From Lama glama (taxonomy: Eukaryota), in the NCBI GenBank assembly GCA_028534125.1, contig CM052817.1, positions 82,028,001 to 82,092,000 of the forward strand: a DNA stretch of 64,000 bases, written 5' to 3'. A program made the translations under genes and the position numbers. The notes beneath the pieces were generated by a model. It was not told where the DNA came from. It did not search any database and was given only the letters and a program-made list of their open reading frames with translations. Of this stretch, positions 36,028 through 49,542 are shown in pieces. Position 1 is the stretch's first letter. Every line of letters begins with the position of its first letter.

Positions 36028-37716
36028 TGAGCTGAACAAAAGAATATATTAGAAACTGGTTTTAGGTATTAGTTTGAAATCAGTGCCTTGGAAAACATAC
36101 ATACCAAGCATAACATATTTTTGCTACTAAAAGAAAAATATTGAATGTTTAAGGTGAAATGTTTCAAATCAAATAAATAAATAAAAGGAAAGTTTGGATT
36201 AAGGAAAGCATTGTGTTGGGTGCAGGTTCAAACTCAGTTCCTGCTGGTAGTTTCTATCACTCAATTTCTTTTCCCATCCTCCACTCATTTGTGAAGCTGC
36301 AAAACTGCAATCAAATTGTGATCACGTGTTTTTCTTACGAAGCATACAATATTAAGTAGGCTTATGACACAAGGCATGAGTAGTGAGATATCATTGTCAG
36401 TGCCATTTGTCCTCTTTGGTGTCTTGCTGAGATAGCTTTAGAACATTCTGGAATTCAGTTCTTATCCATGCTGTAGAAATGTTCCAGTTTTCAGCTCTAT
36501 GGCTTCTGGGTCTGCCCAGTCCTACTCATTGTTTTCTTGGCATTGTGGAAACCTAGAATTGGATCTGTTTTTACAGTATCTCTCTGTTGTAATGTCAACT
36601 AAGACTGTATCTTCTAGACTCAACATTTAAATGCCTCTCTTTGAGAAGGATTCATTATCCCATTTTACTTTCAGAACCCACAAACCTATGCCTTTTGCTC
36701 TTTCCTATGGGCTTCATCCTAGCACTCAGGTGCAGGTCTCTCTCTGGTTGAGATCCACCTTTATCCATGTAATAAAAATTGTTCTTCCAACTATTCCCCA
36801 CCCTAACCAACTCCAGCCTCGGGCACCTGTCGTCTGTCCTAGGTGGAGTGGTAGGACAGGGCAGCCTGACTCTAATTCATGATGTTTTCTTTTAAACCCT
36901 TCTCCCAGTTGTGTACATTCTGTCTTCCCTTACGGGTTTTACCGTTGGAACTCTAGAGTTGGGGAGAGAGTCCTCCTTTTCTCCTTAACAGCATTATTTT
37001 CTTTTTGACGTGACAGAGTGCTAAATGGTCCAGTATTTCAATTTGTAAGAAGAGAGAGAAGAGAAAGAAAATAGAGGGGAAAAAAACTTTCTTAAAATAT
37101 AACTGCAATTTCATACCACACTGTGTTATTGAAACAATAATTCTTATACTTTTACTAAGTGTTTCTGCTGCAAGCAGAGAAGAGCTAGTGGCCGACTCTC
37201 AAAGAAATTCTTTCTTCAATATCAGATTCTAAGAAACACTAAAATCATAAACAAAAACTAAAATTTGAAGAACCCCTGGGAAGAAAGCTTAAACGACTGA
37301 GGAAATTCAGCAGAGTTCAGTAGCACAGCAGCCAAGAGCATAATGGTTTGAGCTAATATGAACTGCTGGGCCCAAGTACAAACACCTAGGAAGTTTGCAT
37401 TTTTAACAAACACAAAGTCTAAGAAGTCCCCAGAAGGCAAAGATGAAGAAGAAACCTCAAATTAAAGCAGTAAACTTGCAATAAGCTCCCAATATGCTCT
37501 TCAACTGGTACCCTGGCGGCTGTAAAGGTATCAGGGCAGAGACGGGACCAAAGTGCTAGGGCCTGAGACAGCAATAATGCCCACTCTGAACAGGAGACGT
37601 GGTCTCAGGAGAGAAAGCCAGACTGAGATCGCCCCATAAATCTGGGGCTTGCCATCAGCCCAGGAGATTTTTTTTTTTTAAATGAGTCCATTCCTGGGAG
37701 AAGAAAAGAAAACGAA

Positions 37717-37865
37717 ATATATATGCATAATCTCTATGTATGTATTATATACACATACATACATACATACATACACATACATATATATGTGTTTTATATT
37801 GACACATATAAAATGTAAATATATAATGTATACATACAAGTATACGTAATACATATATACACAGT
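37717..37865. repeat. TA/TACA low-complexity tract
   Basis: (ATAC)n and (AT)n arrays seen directly. Confidence 0.85.
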
Positions 37866-38199
37866 CTTACATAAATATCTCCCGTGAAAATTCTGGAACC
37901 CCAGTGTAATATGAAATCTGAATTAACATTATCTGTATGCACGCTCTGGAAGTCTCTAAGCCAAGGAATTAACATAAATTTGATATATAATAGTATAATA
38001 TTCCTTTATGTTATATAAAGGAATAGAAGATAATATAATATAATTTCTTCCCCTTGTATGAACTTGCACAATTTTTTCCCTAAATAATATCATTTAATAC
38101 ATTGGTGACATCATCCATACAAAGTTAGCTTTACTTTAAAAAATTAGGACCATAATATAAATGGGTAAAAAAACAGACCTGACTGGGCTTCAGGTAACC

Positions 38200-38795
38200 C
38201 CTGGGAACAGGTCCCGGGGGTGGCCCTGCCCTGCCTCGGTGTGGAGGGAGGCTGAGGGCAGTGGGGCGGGCTCTTGTCAGAGCCAGCCTCCTGGGGCAGA
38301 ACGCTGACTGGAAGAGGGGGCCAGTAAGGGGTAGTGGGGGCGCAGCCTCTGCTAAGAACAAGCCGAGGCTCTTGGCTTCCTGGTCTAGCCATGTCTCCTT
38401 GTCCCTTTTCTGCCCCAGGCCATGGCCAAAGCCTCTCCTATAAAGTTTGGCTCAGGCTCAGCAGGTCACTGGCAAGGGCAGGGAGTGGGCTCAGAGCGCA
38501 GACAGGAGAGGAGAAACAGGAAGCCATCCGCGGTGAGGAAGGGGCGGGGACCGACGGGGACCCTGGCTGTGTCCCGGTCAGGACATGCGCACAGTCACTG
38601 TGCAGGCCCCGCATCGGCGGAGGCTGAGAAGTGCTATAGTTAACCGTCACAGCAATCACTGCCAACTGACACACGGTCTGATTTTACGTTTGTTTAGTGT
38701 GTTCCCCGTCTCCTCTACTACCCGTAATCTCCTGGACGTCAGAGACCTGACGTGTTCTCCTCACCTCCTAGAGGAGAGGGCCTGGTACCGGGCAA
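38200..38795. promoter_or_regulatory. GC/CpG-rich promoter-like region (weak CpG island)
   Basis: About 25 CpGs by hand count in ~600 bp of an AT-rich window; GC boxes at 38263-38270 and 38541-38549; TATAAAG 38439-38445; CATGCGCA 38584-38591; CRE-like GACGTCA 38735-38741. Confidence 0.6.
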
Positions 38796-38815
38796 AAACA
38801 GAATCAGTAAGTTTT
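38695..38815 (+). mobile_element. L2 3' end fragment within the CpG-rich region
   Basis: CTACTA...GTAA.CTCCTGGA.G.CAGAGACC...CCTAGA...GGGCCTGG.AC...CAGTAA follows the order of L2 3' motifs. Confidence 0.55.
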
Positions 38816-41181
38816 GGTCCCTTGGTGTGGCTGCTGCTGTTGACACAGTCCACTATGTGGACACCCAGCACCCTGCACAGGATTATCATTCCCCCAAATT
38901 GCAATAATACAGAGATTTTTTAATGAGATTTGTAAAAAAGTATCTCTTTTGGAAGGATCAACAATAAATAAAAGCAGATATGAAAATAAAGTTCTAAAAA
39001 TGGCATGCACGTACACACACACAGAAGCACATGCTTGTTTAAATTAAAAGCACCATGCAACACGAAAGTATAAAACCTGTGCTCCACGTCTTTGAAGTCA
39101 TACTGGAAAGAAATGGAAATCCTGAAGCAGCTCTATATTAAGGGCTGAGAAGGTAGGCTCTGGAATCATGCTCCAGAGGTTCAAGTGAGAAAGTGTTTTC
39201 TTTGCTTCTTAATACATGCTATGAGAAGGATGCAGGAGAGGCCAGCAGAAGGAGGGAGAGAGAGAAGGAGGCACTAAGGAAGGCATGGAGGAAGGGAGGG
39301 GGGCAATGACAGAAAAAAGGCAGGGATCAGAGTGAGACAAGGAGGCCAGTGGTTTTCAAAGTTCCAACAGCACAGAAGAGGATTCCATTCTACCAGCATG
39401 CTTTGTTTTTGGACTTTTTTGACATTCCCAGTTCTAATCTATCCTGTTCTTTCCAATGACTTCTGACTGTCCAGTCTCTAATACACTATCCTTTAGGATG
39501 CTGTTACAGCCTTTCAGCTGTGGAATTCCTATTGAAACTCTCCATTTTAAAGGTTAAGTGCTTGTGGGCAGCTGTGAGTGTATGTCTATTGGTTTTCTGG
39601 AAATCAGGAAATTGAAGAAAACTGAATGATAGATCTCTTCCTCATTTTCTTAACTTTTAAATTATTGTGTGTACAACTTTGTATAATCTCCAAGCCATTT
39701 ACTTTGGAAAGAGATAAGCAATAAATATGTATTCTTAGTGTGCAGATATTCCAAAATACTTTTTAGATTATTGTCTGACTTACCTACCACACAGGTGGTG
39801 ATGCTCACAGGATACTGTTGCATCTTTATCAAAATGGGGATGTAGGGTGTGGTTTTTGTCTTCAGCAGAAAACATATTTAATAAATGAATTAATCCAACT
39901 GTTCTCTGTGTACTTAGTCCCAAGATTATTTACTTGATTTGGTATGTCATCTCTGTGGATTTGAGTTTTGAAAATAGAAAAGGTTTTGTGAGCTTTAACC
40001 CTGGCACAAGACATTAGGTATATCATCTCTGGATAAAATTGTGAATAGAGCCCATTCCCATCAAACAGAGCCTCTTAATAAGGAATAAAGTAATATTTAA
40101 AGAGGCATTTTAGAATATGGGAAAATTAGAACAATGTATGATATTATAAAGGGTTTAGTTTGAAACTGCTAAAAAACATTATGTATATGTGCATAAATAT
40201 ATATTTGATAGTGTCATCTGTTAAACTTATACATTAAGATTTTTACATAAATAAAATTATAAAGAACAAATGAAATATAAATGATGAAAAATAATGCTTT
40301 CACACTTCAAAATGCTAGTTTTTAGTTACCAATGAATAAATAATTTAAAACAAAAATATATATTTGAAATATTAATAGTTAAGGACCATTTTGAAATACA
40401 TTTCCATGATAATTTGAAAACTTAAGCTGATACCACCTTCCTAATGTGCTGAGCTTTCTCTAGCCTTTAGAAATAGTTATTTACACTTCTCTACTCTGAA
40501 TTATAATTGTTCTCTGGTTTTATCAGTGTGTAAAGTTTCTTCATTTAAATATTTCATCCTATATATGCTGGTAACTATTAATTAGGTAAATAGCCAAAGA
40601 AAGAGTCAAAAAATGTTTCTAAGCCATTTTAGAAAATAGGATTGTTACTATGTGTCCAGATGTTTCGTTAGATTGAAAAACTTTCTGTAAATGACCCATG
40701 AACTTATAACTAATAGTTCATGGAAAATAACCTAGGAGGGTTAAGACGTGAAAGCTCTGGCTGGAGTACCTGTTAATTAGAAAGGACCATGAACGGCACT
40801 GTGTATTGAGGGCACCGCTAGTTCACTTGGTATGTTCTCCAAAAACTGAATATTTTGACATAGACTTTGAAGATAGACGGGTGCGGGAGTTTTCTAGATG
40901 TAGGCTTAAAAGGAAGAACATTTAAAATTGTTGTAAAATAAATATCTTTGTTTAATATTTGTAAGGAGATTTTCCCCCACTGTTTAGAAAGGCTATTTTC
41001 TTCTCCTTTTTGTTTTCCCAAGTTTAATACCTTAGTTAATTAGTCTGAACAGACACATTAAACTAGTCTTCTGGCTTTTTAAATTAGGTTAAACAGAGGC
41101 TGTCATTTGTCTTTCAGTGAATCTTCTCAAAGGAAGAGGTTTTGTTTTTTTTTAATTGAAATTTGGAACTTGCCTTAGGAC

Positions 41182-41285
41182 ATTCATTCATTCATTCAAT
41201 TACTTAATGAGTCATTTATTACACACAATGTTATCTGCCAAGCCAAGGGCCAGTATTTAGGATACAATGGTGGCCAGGAGAGGAA
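41182..41285 (-). mobile_element. L2 3' end
   Basis: (ATTC)n tail, CATTTATT, TGCCAAGC, GGATACAATGGTG. Confidence 0.65.
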
Positions 41286-44200
41286 CTCCTGATAAACAAA
41301 CATTTTATCAGCTAATTTTGTTCCTTTATGTCTTAAAGTGGATGCACTGGACGCTTACTCAAAAATGTGAGTTTAACCTTGTCCTACCATCAGTTACAAA
41401 CAAGGATTCCGATCACTAACGTCAACATATTTTGGAAGATATTTCACAGAAAAGGAGTGGAATAAATTCAGAAGAACAAATTAGAATATTACAAAAGTAC
41501 ACATGAAGAAAGAAGACAGCTTCAGAAATGCTTGATTAATGACAGCCATTTCCAAAATAAAACCTAAGTAACACAGGACATTGGAGGCAGAACACAAAGG
41601 AATAAGGTAACCAAAAAAAAAAGTTTTAATTATCCATGCAAATAAAACAGGAAATTGTCCTAGACCTTTTGGCCAGGAAAGAAAACTTGGACTATATACT
41701 GGGCTGAAACTTTTACTTTTCAGATGTAAAGTACAGATAAGAGACCTACAAATTTAAGCAGTTCTTGAAAAATGGCAGGCCTGGCTAAAGAATAACCTAT
41801 CTGAGTGTTCTGAGTTTGCACCACTGGATTCGAATACTTTAACTGAAGCTGACCTGCCAGTGTTGGTGAGGAAGGACCTGTTTGCCAGGTCTTGAGAGGG
41901 GGTCCCTTCCATTTTCTTCTCAGATCAGCCTCCTAGGGTTTTCACAGGAGAGCGGGGAGGATGCTGGCCTCGAACCTCACTGTGAGGGTCTCATGGCCCT
42001 ACGGCCACACTAGACACGAACAAGTGCTGGTCTTGCACAGTGTGCGGGGCCCTGCGCCTAGTATCTTCTCAACTGAAACTGTAACTCCTCTCCAACGTGC
42101 CCAGCATCTAGAGAGGTACCACAACCACCCATGCGTGCCCGCCCATCCGGGGCACTGCTTATGGGAGGTGCCTCGTCCACACAATACCTCACAGATACCT
42201 GCCTCAGCTCTCTCTGGGAAGCGGCCTTCTGAAACAGGCCCAGCAGCTGCTTCTCATGAAGCTCCAGCCCAGCCTCCTTTCCCAACAATCCAGTTCTTTG
42301 TCAAGAGCCTAGGTCTTGGAAAATATAAGCTTCCATTCTCCCCCACAGGAAGAATATCCTCAGGCCTCCTGGAGCTAAGCCCTGCTGGCCCTCTTTACAG
42401 GGGGAAAGAGGAGAAGGTATCTCATTCTTTCCTGTTTGGAAAACACAATTAAGTTCTCCTCCCAGAGGGCTGTGTGACAGCATACTGACTGAACCTAATT
42501 GCTCCCTCTCAGGTAACACAATTTTTTTTTTTTTGCAATAAAAGTTAAAAATAAATATCAAATTCTCAATACAGGGAGGGAAATTAAAGTTGTGCTATGT
42601 CTTTTGGATAGAAAAGTTACACAAAATAGCAAACAAAAACAAGTAAATAGTCACAAAAAACGAGTAGTAAAAATACTTTTGGAATGTTTTCATTCAGATA
42701 CATATAATTTTGGAATTCAGTTTCTGAGGATGGTTTTCTGGACAGGAGTTTTACACAGAGTGTAATACTTAAGGGCTCTTCTTTGTTTGATTTCAGTAGA
42801 TTTTAATGTCAAAGTGTTGTTTGTTTCATTCCAATGCCACATGCTTGTACTGAGAAAAGTTTGTATTAAGTCACTAAGTGAGTGACTAGAGGCTCACGTG
42901 TTGACCGTTGCTCAATAGATTTAGATTTTTCACTCTTCATTTTAAAAGAAAAAAGTCTGTTGAAATCCAAGGAGGTCACAGACAAAAGACCGTACTATTC
43001 ATTATTTTTGTTCCCTTAGGAAAATTGTAAGGAATAATTCTGCTGACCACATTGTTTTGTTCAAAAAAGATGTTTTGTTTTTTTGAACAGAAAAGTGCCA
43101 AGTTGAAAATGTTCTTTTTCTTTTCTTTATCACTTTTAAAGGATCACTCAACCAAATCAAGCAATTGAAAAAAATGGCAGGCGCTTTTTATGTGAACCAA
43201 AACTTCTTCACATACCCAGAAACAAATGCTAAATTCCATTTTAATCAGGTCAGATCAGTTTACACAGAATGGATTACTATCATAACGATCTCTGAGAGTA
43301 ATAATAATTTGATTCTGTTATAAAAATTTGTAAGGCTGTTGTCCTGTATTCAGTTGCTAAGTTTCACATATATTTGTACTATGATCTTGTAAGTCAGCAT
43401 AATCACTGTTAAAAAGAGAAAAACAATGAAAAAGCAAAAATAAGTGTTACTTGATGGATATAACTCTTTTTTTCTTTTTTTGGTATTTAAACCAAAAGAA
43501 GTCAAGGAAAGAATGGCTCCCAAAAGATACTAGTTGGCCAACATATTTTGACTGTTAAAGTGCAGATCTTGCCTAAATAAGTGTAGTCTTGGCTTTAAGG
43601 AGCCAATAGCTATTTTTGTCTTTGCCTCTACTGGTTTTTGCAACACTTCATTCATAGTCTGTTGCATTTATTGATTCCCACTTCTACAACTAGAATTCAT
43701 GATTGAAGGTAAAGAAACTAAATATTTTCCTTATCCACATTGCATCTTCCCATATAAAAATGTATTTCTTAGCAACATGCTGATGTACTGAAAAATATTT
43801 TAATGGATAGTTTCTACATATTTATACTGAAAGTTTAGAATATGTTTTAAAATATGACTTTTCCTGATCTACATATATTTATAGTTTGGAATTTAATCAT
43901 CCATTAATAAGTGTATTTTAAATCTATTCATTATAAATAGTTACCTTAAAGTCTGCACTATTAGGGACTGTGAAGAGAATGAGTTTTATGTGACTCCAGG
44001 GTCCAGACTTCGAATCACTGTGACATATGTCATTGGATTCAATAAGAGCCAATAGCAAGTTAAAGGAGCTGGTCCAGAGGACATCTGAGAACTCTGTACA
44101 TGAGGGGAATGCTTAACAGCCCAGGGCAGCTGTGGCGTGAAATTACATAGAAGTATATACCTCCCACCGCTCAATGCCCAGCATCTAATACGGAGTTCAT

Positions 44201-45679
44201 ATCTCCTCTAGAACTTGAACGGATTGCCAATAATAGTTCTGGGCATCCGGAGACAAAAATCTGACACAGATGCTGATGTTTTCTTAAGAGACATTGCTAG
44301 CAATATTAACGTGGAAGTGTCTTTGTTTTGTGAGCAGTAGTTGTAAAATTGGTACAAGGAGAGGAAAAACAAAATGAGTGTTTTGTGCTGACTGTGACTA
44401 AGCTGCCCTTTGAGGATGCCCTTGGTGGAAATTCTTTATATGAAGCCTTTGTAGATGAGGATACAATGAATACTCTATCAAGATCAAGTGGATCCAGTGA
44501 TATAAGTGGATTATTTATATCAATGTAAGTTTATTTGTTTCCACATATTAGGAAGATCCAGTAGACACATACAACCCACTTCCATGTGAACATGAAATGA
44601 TGTCCCATATATAACCAATTTTTAAGTGAACTAGCAAATATATTATTTTTGCCCACTGCATATGTATAATCTACATAATATAGATCTCTTTTCAATTTAT
44701 CTAAGATCTTGCCAGAGAATTCAGTATTGAATTGGCTATATATCAGCTTCTGTCACAAGCTTGACTGATTCAATATTCAGAAACAACTTAAGTCAAACCC
44801 TTTCTAAACTAACCTTCTTCTATAACATCACCCCCACAGGAGCAGCATCTGGTCTGGACTATCCACCACTCCCCTATCCTCAGTACATAGAACAAAACTA
44901 AGCATAAGAATTAATTGAACACCTTTGGATGAGTGAATTTCCTCTGACCTTAGATGGTCCGTGCTTTATTTCAGTACAAAGGGAGATGTGCCTTGTGTCT
45001 AAACATTTTTCGTGCCTCTCTCACAAGATCCTGTCCTCCCTCCTGACATAGCTATCTACTCCTGTCATCATACTCAGTCTACATCTCCAAAACCTCAATT
45101 TCCAACATCTGCTTTCCATATATCATCTCTCAATCTTCAAATGTGCTTTTCCCAATAATTTGTAGACTTGGTAAAGAGGTCCCAATTCATTTTCCCACCA
45201 TCTTTCCCTGTCCATCATGACCCTCACGTCTTTACTCTCTTTCTACAACTGTTTCATAGCATCTTCCTCTGCTCTCTGGCCCCTTTCCCTTTGCAAAACT
45301 CCAACCCCCCTTAAATTCACAACTTATTCAAGCTTTTGAATGTTCTGGGAATAAAAAGACATGTGATAATGCTAATTGGATATCTATATTTTTTACCACT
45401 CCTGGAAGCACTATGTTTTCCCTATTCCTGTTGTTTCTTTACAAATGAGTATAACTCAGCCTAATTCCAGATCTCATTGATTGCCTTACAGGAAATGAAT
45501 AAAATAAAATGTCATTATTTCAAATTAGATTCTAAGAGGCGAAAGAAGAGGGGAGGAAACAGAAGTTGCTAGCTAATTCCACCATTTATCATAGAAAAAA
45601 TTTTAAAAGGTCAATATCCACCCCCTCCCCAAAAAGGCTGCCTAGGGATCTTATATAAAGGTATTAGAATAATTGTAAC

Positions 45680-46090
45680 TGTGTTAGATTGCAGAAATGA
45701 CCTTCCATTCTTCATTCCTCTCATTTACCCTCCACTATGTTTCTGGGCTTTGTCATATTATTTCCTTTGGCACATGAGAAGTTAACAGATACAACCCAGA
45801 GTTTTGAAAAGAGGTACTTGCCTGCTGTTTCTTAGGCTCTTGCAACTCTGCCTTTGTCATAAGAAGTCTGGCGTTGCCTGATGGAGGAATTAAGATACAG
45901 GGGGAACAGAACTAAATTATCCCAGCCAGGAGCCAGCATAGCCCCAGATGTGCAAGCAAATCTAGCTTAAACCAGAGGAACCACCCAGCTGAAATTACTG
46001 ACCCACACACTCATGAACTAGGTTGATGTTTATTGATTTAAACATTGATTTTGGGGTGATTTTTTTTAATCCAGCGTAAGAGGAAATACA
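45680..46090 (+). mobile_element. MaLR solo LTR (MLT1H-like)
   Basis: TGTG...CA termini; CCAGA.GAACCACCCAGCTGA...CTGACCCACA.ACTCATGA...TTTTGGGGTG.TT. Confidence 0.7.
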
Positions 46091-46239
46091 ACCAATCCTG
46101 TAGCCATTTAAAAAATGAAAGCCTTTATAAATGCCAAAGGTACACTAATACACACACAGAGAGAGAAAGAGAACATATAAAACCAACTATGTAATGAAAA
46201 TCGATGTGGGTGTGTATAACATAAAATAATATGAAAGAA

Positions 46240-46895
46240 TAGAGATCAATGTTATTATTCATGTTGACAGTTGTGTAGCAGCTTAAATTACCTTTTGATA
46301 GGGAAAAAAAAGGATTTAAAATTGCCTGACAAAGCAAAATTCAATACTCTGTGCTATATTCACAAGACTGATCTGAAATAAATGTTCTGAACAGGTGAAA
46401 ATTAAAGAATGAGCAGTTATATAAGATAAATGCAAATAACAAGAAAGCAGATTGATATGTGACAGGCAGAATTTAGACCAAAAAATACTAAAAGAAGAAC
46501 ACAAAAGGACACTTTATAAGGCCAGAAAGTAAAATTCAGAATGAGGATATAGCATATATTAATATGTGTGCACCAATAATTCAGCAATACTTTTCATACA
46601 AGCCAAATTAAATTTGTGAGAATACAATAAGTAAATCAGTCCTAATCATAATTCTTTAGAAAAAATTGTTTGAAAAAGGACACTACTGAAAAACAGCTAA
46701 CTCAATTAAAATGTGGTGGTAGTGACGGAAGTGAGGTGGGGATGACAGCAAAGCACAATGTTAGAAATAACAAGGGCGAATTTATCATCAAAACAGAGGC
46801 AATTGTAAAAATAATCATTAACAGACTTGCTTTATATAACTTGATGCAAATTAATTTGGAAAAAAATGAAAACCCAGATAATTTTCTCTCTCTAC
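46240..46895 (+). mobile_element. Ancient L1 ORF2 5' (endonuclease) fragment
   Basis: CT.TGTGCTAT..TCACAAGAC..ATCT.AAA, AAAAGGACACTTTATAA, AATATGT.TGCACCAATAA; later TTATGCAAAT.AATTTGGAAAA. Confidence 0.7.
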
Positions 46896-46989
46896 CAAAG
46901 GGTTGCTGGGGAAAGGATGGGGAAGAGGGGCTACGCAGATCAATTCCCCCTGAAAAGAGTGGGTGTTTGTTTATTTTAATTGTTGACTG

Positions 46990-47620
46990 AAGTGTTCTTT
47001 GTAGGTCAGTGGGGTCAAACTGGTTAATAGTTGTTCAAATCTCCTACAAGTTTTTAAGATCTTCAAATAAGATTTTGGACACTTTTACTTCTCCCTTAAA
47101 TCTGTCATATTTACTATTTATAATTTAATGCTCTGTTATGGTATGCATGCTGATTTTGGATTCTGGTAACTTTCTATAGAATTAGTTCTTTTATCATTTT
47201 GAAATGTCTTTTTCTCTAGTAGTGCCCCTTGTCTCCTTTGACTAATATTAATAAACTTGTAATAGCTATCTTTTGGTTTGTGTATGCATAGTATTTATAT
47301 TTTCATCCTTTTGATCCTTTCTGTATCTTTATATTTCAAGTGTTATCTCTAGTAAACAACATCTAATTTGGCTTTGGTGTCTTTATTCAGTTAGACAAAT
47401 GTGGCCTTTTAACAGGATTTTAGTCAGTTTATATGTATCATAACTATTTTGTGTTTAATGAATATATTGCTATTTATCTCATGTATTCTTCATGTCTTTT
47501 TTTCATGCATTTTTAGATTACTTAAGTTTTTAAAATTCTATTTTGGGTTTTTAGTTACACATTCTTACACAATTCTTTTAGTATTTCTCTAAAAATGGCA
47601 ATGTACCTTCCTGATTTCTT
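46990..47620 (-). mobile_element. Ancient L1 ORF2 5' fragment, opposite orientation
   Basis: TGTTCAAATCT, TCTGTCA..TTT.CT.TTTATA.TTT.ATGCTCTGTTAT, TTTATCATT.TGAAATGTC, TCTTTTGGTT.GTGT.TGCAT.GTAT. Confidence 0.78.
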
Positions 47621-47749
47621 TTTTAAAATATTATTTTTATTTTACTCATGGAAAAGTCAGCAAGTGTGGTCTCTTGTATTCAACGTGAGTTTCAGGCAGG
47701 AAGAAGAGAAAGGATCACACCAACCTCTAGTCTCTTTTTATTTTGGGGG

Positions 47750-48345
47750 GAATTTTATTGAGGGATATTAGTATAATAGATGACACCTATTTAAGTGTGC
47801 AATTTGATAAGTTATTACATATGGATACATGCACCCATGAGACTATTACCTCAACTGAGATAACAAGCCTATCTATTGTCCCCAAATTCCCTCCTGCCCC
47901 TCTCTAATCCTTTCTTCTTGCCCATTCACCAACACCCAGTCGCTGATCTTTTTATCACTGCACATGATTTTTCATTTCTAAAATTTCATATAAACAGAAA
48001 TACACAGTATATACTTGTTTATGTACTAGGTTCTTCATTCTGAATATTTATTTTGAGATAAATCTTAGTTAATCCCTGATTCAATATTTGTTCCTCTTTA
48101 TTGCTGAATAGTATTTTACTGCATTACATACCACAATTTATTTATCTGATTCACCTGTTGATGGATAGTCAATAGTCAGGATTAGTTTTCTTAGTTTGAG
48201 GCCATTACATGTTAAGCGTCCAGAAGAATTTAGGTACAATTTTTATATGGACATGTGCTTTCACTTCTTTTTGGTAAATACTTAGAAATGGAATGGCTAG
48301 TCATATACTAGATGCATGTTTACTGTTTTTACATGAAGTTCCAAA
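47750..48345 (-). mobile_element. Ancient L1 (L1MB/ME-like) 3' end
   Basis: TTTATTGAG..ATA, TTTAAGTGT.CAATTTGAT.AGTT, CTTTTTATTGCTGAATAGTATT, TTCACCTGTTGATGGA.A. Confidence 0.85.
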
Positions 48346-48361
48346 GTATGCAAAAACTATG

Positions 48362-48690
48362 ACAGAGATTGTCATAACAAAGTTCCACAAATATTTTTTT
48401 CTCACGATTCTGGAGGCTGGAAGTTCTAGATCAAGGTGTCAGCAGGGTTGTTTTTTCCTGAGGTCTTTTATTGGTCTGTTGATGGCCTTCTCCCTGTGTT
48501 TTCATCTACGTCCAAATTTCCTCTTGTTATAAGGACACCGGTTATACTGGATTAGGGCCCACTCTAACGACTTCATTTTAACCTAATCACCTCTTTGAAG
48601 ACCCACTCTCCAAATACAGTCACTGTATTCTGAAGTGCTGGAGGTTATGACTCTTAAGGATGTGGAGGGAACACAATTCAGCCCATAAGA
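48362..48690 (-). mobile_element. MaLR solo LTR (MLT1A0/B-like)
   Basis: TCTCAC..TTCTGGAGGCTGGAAGT..AGATCAAGGTGTCAGCAGGGTTG...GGATTAGGGCCCAC.CTAA.GAC.TCATTTTAAC...ACACAATTCAGCCCATAA. Confidence 0.9.
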
Positions 48691-49542
48691 GTGGTATTTG
48701 TTAATGAATGCCATTTAAGCTCAATGTAATATAGTTCTACTGGGCTAACTGCTGGAACTATCAGATCATCTGTAAACGGCAGGGCCCGTTCAAGGTTTGA
48801 TGATTAACACAGGGTCCTGTGGGCAGTATCTGGGAAGTCCCATGTGCTTCTGTGGTTGAGAGGCCGAAGCTCTGACAGCTCAAGACCCCTGGACTGCTCG
48901 GACAGATTATTCTCCCCTCAGTCCTTCAAGTAAATCTAAATCCCTCTTCAAGGATTAGTACACACACACGTACTTTCTACAAAAGCAGTTGGACCTTTGG
49001 GGACAGTGATAAGACATAGCCACTATAGGTAAGAGGAGAGGGTCCATTGTATGAAAAATGCATTAGGCTGTAAAATGAAGTGGAAGCTCTTCAGCTGTTC
49101 CTCAGTGGAGGACTGTGCTCACTCATGGAAAAAGGAAAGTTGCCCTTTGAAGGAATATACCCTGAATGCCTTTAAATTGAATTCACTCATTTCTGCCCTG
49201 GAGTATCACTGCATTTGGGCTGTGCATTAATGGCATTTCGAAGTGTCAAATATGAAGGTTTCATGACCTCAACCTCAAATTCTGATATTTGAGATCCAGG
49301 ATGGGAGAGGATGAGTTTGGAGGGTGTAGGAAAGTCACAGAGAGCTTTTCAGGAGGGATTTGTGGCCATTTATGGTGGAAGATGAGATCAAGATAATCCA
49401 AGAAGTTGGTGCTTTACCCCAGGATTTTTCCCATCCAAGCTCGAGTTTGGGCTGCAGAAAGCCACATACATGCTAGTCTAAGATCAGGTGCTTTGGGGGC
49501 AAGCATGGAGCCTGTAGGTTATGTGTTTCTATGTTCAAAATA

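Noticed and set aside
38131..38923. Cluster of overlapping ORFs on both strands
   Set aside because: Expected from high GC content; Pro/Gly/Arg/Ala-rich with no recognisable family.
41961..42452. Longest ORF in the window (163 aa)
   Set aside because: No recognisable domain; lies in a GC-richer, partly L2-like patch where stop codons are rarer, with overlapping antisense ORFs. Treated as chance.
46240..47620. Inverted pair of L1 endonuclease fragments as a dsRNA source or twin-primed insertion
   Set aside because: They cover the same L1 region and are highly diverged, so they are best read as two independent old insertions.
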